From Octopus sinensis (Eukaryota): DNA of 64,000 nt. How positions within the stretch are numbered: the first letter of the stretch is position 1; every line of letters starts with the position of its first letter. Under the pieces are notes generated by a model. That model was not told where the DNA came from. It worked only from the letters and a program-made list of their open reading frames with translations, and searched no databases. Location: contig NC_042999.1 of assembly GCF_006345805.1 (NCBI RefSeq), forward strand, positions 121,086,001-121,150,000, given 5' to 3'. Made by a program: the position numbers and the translations under genes. This document shows positions 45,321 to 57,028 of the stretch, piece after piece.

Positions 45321-47066
45321 AGCACGCCAGTGAAGTATAATATTCCCAATATTTGCCGAAATAGTGATGCAGAAATCATTAAATAATTGCTCAAGAATGC
45401 ATACTGTTTGACATAGAATATTAGAATGTTTTAGAGAATAAATTCTTCTATCGAGAATAATATAACAATAGATTAGTTAGTTTGCCCGTATTTAACCCTG
45501 GAAAACGTGAAGAAAAGTTAAACACATGGGGTTGACCACATTGGTACAAGTTAAATTTGTGTTGAAGAATATTTACAAAATATAAAAGACTTAATTTACA
45601 CGCTTTCATCTTTGTGGCTTTCACATGCAAAAATCTGACATTCTTGAGAGATAATTCTATTCTGTTTTCCTTTTTCCCTGAAGGACAAATCCTGAAAAAT
45701 CCTCATTAGTTACCTGTTTTCTTTTTTTCTTTCTTCTTCTTTTCTCTCTCTTTTGGATACTGAAAGATCTGCAGCCAGTATTTTATGAAGAAAATCGCAT
45801 CTAGATTAGAGTTTGTTCTTCTGCTTGAATTGTGGGTGATTTTCAATATATAACAAAAAGCACAATATGCTTCTGTATCAGTCAGGATGGAAAACACTGC
45901 TATTAGCCATCTTCGTGTAGCTCTATTCACCGAATATTATTTAATCCGCTGGTCAAGTGTGTCGTAAAAATTTTCAAACACTAAAGAAAACCAGAGAATG
46001 TGTTTCTTGAAACGAAGTTATCATTTTTATCTACGAAGTAAGGCACACTATTAACAGGACCACAGCGGTCCAGTCTATGTTTTCACGGAACTTTTTTAAA
46101 ATTTAAAGCCCAAATTCAAAATGAATTTTTTTTTTACCAAAAAACATGCGATAAGTTCAAGACAGTATTAATTTGTAAAAAGTAAATGGAAATAATTATG
46201 CTGGAAAGAAAAATATCAGTTATTGGTCTTTTAATTGTTTCGACAAGTACATTATTAAGTGTGTGTTTTAGTTTTATTGTGCCTTATTCTTTGCTATTCT
46301 TTCAAGATTATAATTAAAGTGGTTAGTAAAAAAGTAATTGGCTTGGATTTAAACAATAATAAGCTGGCAATGATTATTTCAATGATAAATGTACTAGTGC
46401 TTCGAGAGAAAATATTGAAGTCTCTTCTGTGGATAAAATTAAAATATTACTCCTGAAGTCAGATGAAAGTTTATGTAAATAAGGTATAAATACAACCAGG
46501 CCAACAGAAAATGCAAGAGAATTTATAGTTGCCAACAAGTTGCTGAAAACAAACCCTCGGCAATTTATTTGGGTTCTAAATCTGATTTTTAAAATGCTAC
46601 ACGAAACTAAGGGGGAAATCTCTAGCAAAATATCATTTGCATAAAATTACGAAGCATGTAAAACTCTCTCCCATTTCTATACCTTCCTTCCCTCCGTCAC
46701 TCCTTCCACTTTGTAACTCCCGTCTTCTCCGTAACACCCTCCTCTCTCTCTCTCTCTCTTTTCTCTCTCCCTCTCTCTCTCTCTCTCTTTTCTCTCTCCC
46801 TCTCTCTCTCTCTCTCTTTCTCTCTTTCTCTCTCTCTCTTGTAGAAACGCCAGTCTTACATCTTTGTCTTCAATATACTCTTACAGCCACAAACAACAAA
46901 ACTGATATCTAATATCAGGTTTTTGTATAAAAATGACACATACCAAATGTTGGTATCCAACCAACGAATACCATTTTCTGTTCACAAATACATGGCATAG
47001 CCTGTAAGCCAGATAACATATTTCCAAACTATCCGTGAAAAATCCATTGTTGATTCATAAACTTAC

Positions 47067-47130
47067 TGACATATAAAAACGCGGCCTCATCGGTGAAGTA
47101 ATAAGGTAACAAATGTCTATAACTATAAGG
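47067..47130 (-). CDS. Putative internal exon F of host gene (PYSYRHLLPYYFTDEAAFLYV-)
   Basis: Donor A|gtaagt, acceptor tttttagttgatag|; 64 nt; phase 0->1. Confidence 0.45.
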
Positions 47131-47411
47131 CTATCAACTAAAAATCTAACTCATTTCCAGAAGATACTTCAGCTTTTAAGTGTTCTTAGTAAAACAGAAC
47201 TTCTCACTATCATTTCTAAAACAAGAAGCATTCATCCCAATAAGTATCCGCTCTTAACATCAATGAAGCTTTTGATGTGGTCTGACAAAACAGATTTTGC
47301 ACCAAAATGGGTTTTTGAGTTAATACGTGGTAATCTATTTATACCCGACAAAGTTAATTTATTTACATTATTTACAATTCACGGATATTTGTCCTCATCT
47401 TGTTTGTTGTT

Positions 47412-47457
47412 AACACAACGTTTCGGCTGATATACTTTCCAGCCTTCATCAGGTGTC
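47412..47457 (-). ncRNA. Minimal type-I hammerhead ribozyme, nearly intact
   Basis: GACAC-CUGAUGA-A-GGCUG gaaaguauau CAGCC-GAAA-C-GUU-GUGUU: intact CUGAUGA and GAAA cores, 5-bp stems I and II, palindromic stem III (AACGUU), GUU cleavage triplet. Confidence 0.8.
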
Positions 47458-47530
47458 TTGGGGAAATTTCGGACCTGGGTTCTCATTCCTGAGGTATTTT
47501 TCGATGTTATCATCATCATCATCATCATCA

Positions 47531-47597
<67 letters not shown>

Positions 47598-47604
47598 CAT
47601 TATT

Positions 47605-50600
47605 CAGTAGTTTTAATTTTATAGGTGCTTTCACTTCACTACCGAGCGCAGCTCTGTGTGCCTTAGGTATGTGCTGTGATTTGTTGTAATGTTCTGATGG
47701 TTATTGTATGGAAAGTGTTCTGCGTAGATTGTGTGCAGTGCCTACTAGTGCAATTTTCTGTATGTTATATGTGTTTGTAAGTCCTGGTGTTTTTGTTATG
47801 TATTTGTCTGAATATTTTTTATCATGCCTAATGTACCTACTATGATAGGAATTGTTTCTGTTTTCAGATTCCACATTCTGGTTACCTCTATTTCCAGGTC
47901 TTTGTATTTTGAAAGTTTCTCCATTTCTTTTAGATACACGTTGTCATCTTCCGGTATTGATACATCAATTAGAAAGCATTTTTTTCTTCATGATCTCTGA
48001 CAACTATATCTGGTCTGTTGGCCTTAATTTCTTTATCTGTGTGTATCGGCATATCCCAGAGTATGGTTGCTTTCTCGTTTTCTGTGACCTTTTCCGATGT
48101 GTGCCTATACCATCTTTTTTCTGTTGTTATTCCATAATGTTGGCAGAGCTTGCAGTGTATGTAGGATCCAACTCTGTCATGTCTGTGAATATATTCCTTC
48201 TTAGTCAGGACTGGGCAGCCAGAGATAATATGATTTATTGTTTCTTGTCCATCTCCACATATTCTGCATATTTCTTTTCATTACATGTTTTGGTAACTTC
48301 TGGTGGTCTTGTGCTGCAATTAAAAATCCCTCTGTCTCTGCTTTGAGTCCTGAGCTTCTCAACCATTGCTGAGATTTTTCTTTGTCCATTTCTTTTGCAT
48401 TTAGTTTAGTCCAGTACTTACCATGAAGGGGCTTTTCTTGCCATCGTTTTATCATGGTTCGTTGCTGTTCTATTTTTAGTTTGGATTTTATTTGTTTTAT
48501 AGCTTTTGTTGTTTCATCATCTTCTTCTTCTTCTTCTTCGTATTTATTAGGTGGTATGATTTCTTGTTTGTATTTGTCAGCTACATTAAATACTGAGAAC
48601 AGTTTTTTGTTTTGCTCGTGTTTTGCCGCTATTTGTGTCAGTTTTCCTTCCTTCTGAAGTAGATATTTTTGCAGTCCTATGGTGGTTATTTTATAGTAGT
48701 TTTCCAGCTGTATAAGGCCTCTACAACCTTCTATACGTTGTATATATAGTCTTTCTATGTCAGATTTTGGGTGATGCATCCTAGATCCTGTCATTATTTT
48801 TCTTGTTTTCCATCTATTTTGGTCAGTTCATTTAGTGTCCAGTTAAGGATATATTAGCTGTAACTTATAACTGGGACAGCTAAAGTGTTAATACCTATTA
48901 TCTTGCTTTTAGCATTGAGCTCTGTGTTTAGTATTGATCTAACTCGTCTATAATATTCTTTTTTTTTATTTTGTCTTTCATTTCTGTGTGTTGTGTCTTA
49001 TCTAGCTCATGGATTCCTAAGTATTTGTAAGTTTGGCTTTGGTCTAATTCTTTTATTTCATTGGTTTTATCTAGTGTGATGTTGCTACTCTTAACTAGTT
49101 TTCCTCTTTTCAGGGTTACTTTGGCGCATTTTTCTAATCCAAATTTCATATCTATTTCTTTGGTAAATCCATGAACTGTCTTTAATAGTGTTTCCAGCTG
49201 CTTGCCATTTGCAGCGTATAATTTTAGGTCATCCATATATAAAAGGTGACTGATCGTTTTGCCGTAACATTTATATCCGCATCCAGTTCTATTTTGCATA
49301 ACAGATAGAGGTGACAGTGCCAAACAGAAAAGGAGTGGAGAGAGGGTATCTCCCTGGAATATTCCTCTTCTAATGGGGATGGCTTTGGTTTTCATAAGTC
49401 CCTCTTTTGTTTGGAGCTGTAGCACTGTTAGCCATTTATTCATAGAGTGCCCTATGAATTTTATAATTGTTGGTGCTACTTTGTTAATGGCTAGTGTTTC
49501 GAGGATCCATGTGTGGGGGATGCTATCAAACACCTTTTTGTAGTCGATCCAGGCCATACTGAGGCCTTTCTTCTTTCTGTGGCTTTCTTCAGTTATGGCT
49601 TTATTAATCATTAGTTGATCTTTACAGCCATATGAGCCTTTGCGGCATCCTTTCTGCTCTTCTGGAAACAGGTTGTTTTCGTCCAGGTGCTTGTTCAGCC
49701 TTTGCGATATCACTGCAGTAAATGCCTTGAACATAGTAGGGAGGCAGGTTATTGGTCTGTAGTTTTCTGGTTTTTCTGTTTCATTTGATTTGGGAATTAA
49801 GATGGTTTTCCCCTGCGTGAGCCATTCAGGCATTGTCTCTGGCTCTGCTAGTACTTTGTTAAAGTTTTCAGCCAGCTTTTTGTGCATTCCTGTTAGATAT
49901 TTCAACCAGAAGTTGGGGATCTTGTCATGCCCAGGTGCCTTCCAGTTGCTTAGTCTTTGCAGTGCCTGGGTGACCTCTTCAGTTGTTATGGGGGTCCAAT
50001 GTTGTTCAGATGCCGAGTTTGTTATTCTGATACTCCTTTTTTTGGTGGTTCGTTCGCCGACCATATTTCTCCCCAGAATTCTTCCAATTCTTCTGCCGTT
50101 GGTGCTGCAGTGACTTCTATTTTATTTTTTCCCAGTTCTTGGAAGAACTTTTTGGGGTTAGAGTTGAACTTTTTGTTTTCTTCAAAGAAGCGTTGGCGTT
50201 TCTTGTACCGGCGGATCCTTTGTGCTTTGGCAAGGATATCTTGCTTCAGCTTTTCTTTTATTTCAGGCAAATCTTTCTCTGTGATGTTATATTTGCGGAG
50301 TATTTTTGTTCTCTTTTTGTTGCTCAGTAGCGTTGATTGTTTGCTGATTTCATTAAGAATCGACAGGTCTTTTCTAATTTTTTTTATTTTGCTTTGGATG
50401 TTATTTATCCACAGGGTTTGTTTGGGTGGTGGTACTCCTGTTTGGGCGGGTTTGGGTGAGTATCCAGCTTCTTTTGTGGCTGCAGTGGCTGCTCCGTATA
50501 TTAGGTTATTTAGCTCAGTGATATCACTTTTTTTTTATTCAGTGGCTATCAGTTCAGTGACGGCTAGGTTTATGCTGTTTATAATAGGTGTTGTTATTTT

Positions 50601-51574
50601 GGTTATTTTGATTCTTGGGAGGTATGGTCGGTGGTCCATTTTGAGCTCTGTGGTTTTCAGTTCTTTGATTATTTTATTTTTTATATTATCATAATCATTA
50701 GGCTCCCCTTCGTTGTTTACATCGTGTTTGTTGGGAATGTTGCGTTTGTCTTCGTGTTTTACAATTTCAGTGTTTATATTATTGGGCATTGTTGTGTGGC
50801 TTCTATCTACATTTTCCTGGTGTATGTTTTCTTTTAGGTGTTCTATTTCTATTTCTGATATTTTTTTGTGTTGAGAATGTATCTTCGTACGTTAGCTAAT
50901 TTATTAGGGTTCATTGCTGTATCCAAGTCTATATCTCTATTATTTTCCTTCCATATTTTATATGTATGTGTTGTTGTATTTTCATTTTTTGGGTAGAGTA
51001 CTGCTGTGAAGTATGTGTTTAGGATAGAAATGTATTCCTCACGTGTCCATTTACGTATTTTGGGTTTTATTTGCGGGACATGAGGTACAACGTCCGGCCC
51101 ATTATTTTGACGGTCGTCATTTTCGTAGGGTACCGGTCCGTTTATTTCTGTTGTCACATTATTTCGCACGTGTAGTTTTTCGTACATTTTTTGTTGTAAG
51201 TTTAATGTACGTACCGCTCGATTGTTATTCTTGGGTTGAATAGTATCGGTGGTATTTAATTTCTTCGTAGTTCCTTTGTACATGGTGTTTGGGGTCGGAG
51301 ATGATCGTGATGTTCCACGCATGTTTACATGTGTTGCGTTAGAGGCGGAGATGATATCGAGTCAAAATACATAATTTCGTTTCGAAAATAGTAATAAATT
51401 TCAATTAGTATTACTTACTCGGATACAGTCCAATTCTTTGTTAGTAAAACTTTGGCTCCATAGGATGTCCTTGTTTTCGATGTTTGTGGATAGATTTCGG
51501 AGCTCTGAATTTTCCTTCTTACATCTTAAACGTCCCCGGTGTTCTCCTCCTTAAACATCCCCGGTGTTCTCCTC

Positions 51575-51577
<3 letters not shown>
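47605..51577 (-). mobile_element. R4/Dong-clade (RLE-type) non-LTR retrotransposon, apparently full length, inserted in (TAA)n
   Basis: Single frameshifted ORF 51322->47701: RKWTREEY N-terminal domain, KAPGHDKIPNFWLK, QGDTLSPLLF, YMDDLKLYA, CRICGDGQETINHIISGC knuckle, NRPDIVVRD...LIDVSIP endonuclease; (ATT)n on both sides. Confidence 0.93.
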
Positions 51578-51640
<63 letters not shown>

Positions 51641-51642
51641 TG

Positions 51643-51717
<75 letters not shown>

Positions 51718-51720
51718 GTA

Positions 51721-51786
<66 letters not shown>

Positions 51787-51810
51787 TATAATAATAATAA
51801 TAATAATAAG
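51578..51810. repeat. Inverted (ATT)n / (AAT)n microsatellite pair around cag-tgcc-ctg
   Basis: Direct reading. Confidence 0.95.
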
Positions 51811-53080
51811 TTTGGCCTCAGCTGTTTCTAAAAGGTAGATCATTTGTTTGTTATATTTTCGAGGATAATGTATTTCATGCTGGCTCATACTTTGCAATAC
51901 ACAATAATTGCTATTTATTTATGATGCCTCTAACCAAATCTAATTTATGGTTTAATCTTGTGCAACATCAAAGCCTCTTTGCAGCTGTTTTAGAAGTTTG
52001 CTGCCAGAGATAACATCCAGAATTTCAACTTAGATTTTCACAAGTTGCTTAAAGAGCTGTATGCGTAGCCTTCGCACTCCTTCCTACTCTAGGTGAGACT
52101 GATCAGCTTAATGTCTTGCTTGAATAGTTGAAGTTGTCAGTAGATCGAAATTAGTTTTTGTTTATGATAGGAACAGGGAATCAAAAATATGAATGTATTT
52201 ATGTATATATGTATCTTATATTTAATCTTTCTATAATATGTAATTTTTCCAAATAGTATAATTTAATTTTTCATTATTGAATTAATAAAAGGTGGGTTTT
52301 TTTTCTAATTTATATATATATATTATATTTTGTGAAATTTGATTTAGTATTTCTAAATTGAATTTTTCCCTGTAAGTTTGGAATAATATTCCCTCATATT
52401 ATGTATATATATGTGTGTGTGTGTGTGTGTGTGCGTGTGTGTGTGTGTGTGTGTATACCTAGATTGTTCATACGGACAAATATATAAATACATATACATA
52501 ATATGCATATATTTATAACACACACACATACACATATATATGTAGAGAGAGAGAGAAAGGAGAGAGAGAGAGCGATACATAGGTACATACATACATACAT
52601 ACTATTTTTGCAGCACTGCAGCTTTAATAAGCAAAAGACGCGAACTAATTTCGATCTGCTAACAAATTGGACTATTCAATCAAGATATTAAGCAGGTCAA
52701 TCTCACCTGGATTAGGTGTGTAAAGGCTATGAGTAGAGCTCTTTCCTCTCTAGACCAAACAAAGGGAAACAAAAAGGAATACTCAGTTGTAAGCAAGACA
52801 GAAGATAACGATTATTGTGTTAGCTTCCAGAGCTAAATTTGCTTCAATTAATCTATATTGGGGAACTGTATGTTCAATGAAACTAATACATTTTGGATAT
52901 ACTAAAAGAACTCTTTAATGTTGTTCAGTTCCCGCTGATTCATTGTATTCATTGTACATATACAAACACACGCAACTTCATGACCCCTGAATGCTCTCTC
53001 GAATCACCAGGAATAGCAAAATTTACAGTTCATTAGCTGTAAGATAGGAAGCATCTGGTGGCAAGATTGCTTTCTTTTAA

Positions 53081-53436
53081 GGCGCAGGCGTAGTTGTATT
53101 AAGAAGCTTGATTCCAAACCACATGGTTCTGGGTCTTCTACTATATCCTCTGGTCGACCAAACCTTTGGGAGTGGATTTGGTAAACAGAAACTGAAAGAA
53201 GCTTGCCGTATGTGTGTATGTGTCTGTGTCTGTCTATGTTTCTCCCTCCCACCTCACCGCTTGACAGCCGATGCTGGTGAGTTTATATCCCTGCCACTTA
53301 GCGAATCGGCAAAAGTACCGATTGAATAAGTACTGGGCCTACAAAGAATAAGTCATAAGATCGATTTCTTCGACTATAACCTTTCAATATGGTGCTCCAG
53401 TATGGCCGCTGTCTAATGACTAAACCAAGTAAAATA
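53081..53436 (+). mobile_element. Diverged tRNA-derived SINE (7976 family)
   Basis: Colinear homology to 61711-62127. Confidence 0.85.
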
Positions 53437-53508
53437 CACTCGTTGGTGATGTCCTGTACTTATTATGTATGCTTCTGGTACTTTGTCCTATATTTATATA
53501 TATATATG

Positions 53509-53590
<82 letters not shown>

Positions 53591-53797
53591 TATTAGAGTT
53601 ACTTCTCTTATATTTAACGGTTTTTTGTAGCGTCGGTTGTCATTAATAGCCGACGAGAATGCATCGTAGCTCTTCGCTCCAGCAATCGAAACTCCGAGTA
53701 CTATAATGACAACCTTTTACTATTTGTTCTAATCCTCTATTTCTCTAATATCAAGGTCTCATTCTTTTGCTGTTACATTTTATTATTATTATTATTA

Positions 53798-53842
<45 letters not shown>

Positions 53843-53893
53843 TATTATTATTATTATTATCATTATTATTATATATATGTATATATATGTATA

Positions 53894-53961
<68 letters not shown>

Positions 53962-53964
53962 ATA

Positions 53965-54304
53965 TTACGGAGATGTACTTGCATAGCAAGTGATTTGATC
54001 TGAGATCGTGTGCTGGAACGAAAACAATTGCAGCGTGGAAGATGTTTGTAAGCCATTTAAGAAACACAAAAGCCATTCGATTCACTTCAACATTTAAGTT
54101 TAATTTGTCAAAATATTTTCGTCGCTATAAGACCGCGACCTGTTCGCTAACAAAAATCCATGCTGCATCTCGGATTTTTGTCAGTGAACAGGTCGCGGTC
54201 TCAGAGCGACGAAAATATTTTGACAAATTAAACTTAAATGTTAAAGTGAATCGAACGGCTTTTGTGTGTTTCTTAAATGGCTTACAAACACCTTCCACGC
54301 TGCA

Positions 54305-54343
<39 letters not shown>

Positions 54344-54534
54344 TTTATCGCTTATCTTTTATATTTCAATTGTTTCAGTCATTAGATTGCGACTATGTTG
54401 AGACACCACCTTGAAAACTTTTTAGTCGAAAGAATAGACCCTATTGTATTTTTTTAGAGCCTGTTACTTTTGCCAAACCGCTAAGTTACGAGGATATAAA
54501 CACAACAAGGTTGCTTGGAGACATCCTCAGAAAT

Positions 54535-54612
<78 letters not shown>

Positions 54613-54772
54613 CGACGGTCTTCTTTCAGTTTCCGTCTACGAAATCCACTCAAATGGCTTTGGTTTGCCCGGGGCCATAGTAGAACACCTCTTGCTCAAG
54701 TTGCCACGTAGCGAGATTGAAACCAGAAGCATGCGGTTGGGAAGCAAACTTCTTGCCACACAGTCACGTCCG

Positions 54773-54847
<75 letters not shown>

Positions 54848-54852
54848 TACAT

Positions 54853-54887
<35 letters not shown>

Positions 54888-55126
54888 CAATTGCAGCGTG
54901 GAAGGTGTTTGTAAGCCATTTAAGCAGCACGGATTTTTGTCAGTGAACAGGTCGCGGATTTTAGCGACGAAAATATTTTGACAAATTAAACTTAAATGTT
55001 GAAGTGAATCGAACGGCTTTTGTGTGTTACTTAAATGGCTTACAAACACCTTCCACGCTGCAATTGTTTTCGTTTCAGCACACGATCTCAGATCAAATCA
55101 CTTGCTATGCGAGTACATCTCCGTAA
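53965..55126. mobile_element. Foldback/MITE element with long TIRs, rearranged and interrupted by a SINE
   Basis: Outer ends ttacggagatgtac... and ...gtacatctccgtaa are reverse complements; internal palindrome 54025-54308; second partial palindrome 54888-55066. Confidence 0.85.
54341..54772 (-). mobile_element. Diverged tRNA-derived SINE (7976 family)
   Basis: Reverse-complement homology to 7976-8347. Confidence 0.8.
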
Positions 55127-55169
55127 CATATATATATATATATATATGTAAGTATGGATGTATGTATAT

Positions 55170-56883
55170 ATATATATTTCTCAATATATGGAATACACTG
55201 TGTGTGTGTCCTCAATGCACGCTCAAACCTCTGGATCAATCTGTACCATACTTGGTATATATGAATAATTTGACGGTCTTTATTTTTTTTAATAAAAATT
55301 ATTGCTCTGTATATAAAGATTCACTTCATCAAATCGTTTTCTCAACTTCCTGTTTTTGGCGTCCTAACCAGCTATTTACACACACACACGTATGTATACA
55401 TCATTACAATTGTGACGATTTCTGATGAAAAGGAATTTCTGAAGATACTTTCATGTCAGAAAAAAATTTTCATACAGAGATTGACGCCTTTTTCTCAATT
55501 AATTAAATGAGATACTATATTTTGTACATTGATTTTCCAATACATATTTCGGATATTCTTGGAAATCTCGTGTGATTATTCTTGGCGCAAATCGACTTAT
55601 TAACACTTTCATTTAACTGTTTTGTCGATGTCAACATAGTAACTAAGTAACCAGCTATATACACACACAGACACGTATGTATTCATCATTACAGTTGTGA
55701 CGATTTCAGGTAAAAAAAGTATTTCTGAAGTTACTTTCATTTTTTATATTTGTCTCCGGCTTTCTATTTATGTAAGATGCATACATATGTGAGTGTATGT
55801 GTGTGAGAAAACAAAATTCATACGGAGATTTCATTTAATTGATCAATTGTCAACAGGGCATAACTACAGATTTCTTTCCCCTCCCCCAGCTTTTTGGATG
55901 GTCATAACTTTCAGAAAAATGGATATTTTTTAATGAAATTTTCTACGAATGTGTTAATCATGTAGATTCCGAATGTACAAAATTTGGGTAGGGGTATTTT
56001 TAGGAGGAGTGAGGAAGGATTTGCGGAAAATTCACCGGAGTCCACTTCGATTCACTTAGGTTTCAGGAAAAAGCATATTCTTTAATGAAATAGTCTACAA
56101 ATATACCTTGGACTATCTAGATTCCGAGCAAATAGGAATTTTGGGGGAAAACAATTGGGGGTTATTTTTAAGAACTGTTTCCCACTCGGGGTGTTTCAGA
56201 AACACGTCGTCCATAATTGTTTCATTTTCTCTGTTTTGGGCTTCACCTTGCTTCTCTCATGGGCAATTATATGTAGGATGTTCGTGAGTTGGAAGTCCCC
56301 AAAATCTTTTCATTTATACACTAATTAAAGGACACACACAAAACATCATATATTTAGAAGCTCTAGATAATTAAACTGTGATTGATTTCCGGATTTGTTT
56401 CAATATATTTGTTTATACTCACGTCATCTGATAGAATATTTGCTAAATGTACTTATTAACAAGAGGAGAGCGCGCGCAGGCCGGTTCTTCTCAAATTTAT
56501 GCATTTTCAGGTTCAGTGTGTTTCAAATAAGTACTGACAATTGAAGGTGATTGCAAAGACAAAGAACTACCTAGTTTTTTAACAATTTTAACAGTAAGAA
56601 CATCGGATAAAACATGTTATTGACATTAATAGTTTGTACCTCAGCTAATTACTCTTGAGAACTGCATAATCCATGTTTCATTTTACTTAGAGATTTAAAA
56701 GGCATACTTACATTTCTTTATTTTCAATAACCTGAGAAATACCGGCTTATTAACGTATGAAGTTAGTATCTCAGATACTAGGAGGTAAGACCTGCGTAGT
56801 CTATGTTTCACGTTAAAGATCTAAAAGGCATTTTAATTTCATTATTTTCTTTAACCCGAGCAACGCCGGGTATTTCTGCTAAT
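55170..56883 (+). mobile_element. Possible non-autonomous Helitron/Helentron-like element
   Basis: 3' hairpin cccgagcaacgccggg followed by tatttctg-CTAA-t (CTRR) at 56856-56883; 5' (TG)n plus ggatcaatctgtaccatacttgg; internal direct repeat of about 90 bp (55366-55453 / 55649-55740). Boundaries uncertain. Confidence 0.45.
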
Positions 56884-56932
56884 ATATATATACACAATAC
56901 ATGCATGTGTATATGTGTAAGTCTATATGTAT

Positions 56933-57028
<96 letters not shown>

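Noticed and set aside
45706-47430. Track ORFs 45706-45930, 46259-46456, 46374-46628 and 47113-47430 as membrane-protein genes
   Set aside because: Hydrophobicity is expected from AT-rich DNA; no motifs; candidate splice phases do not fit the exon chain.
51990-52057. Plus-strand exon-like segments (KFAARDNIQNFNLDFHKLLKE here; also about 34190-34238 and 33577-33594)
   Set aside because: Splice sites are plausible, but I could not chain them into a phase-consistent gene. One overlaps exon D antisense. Left unresolved.
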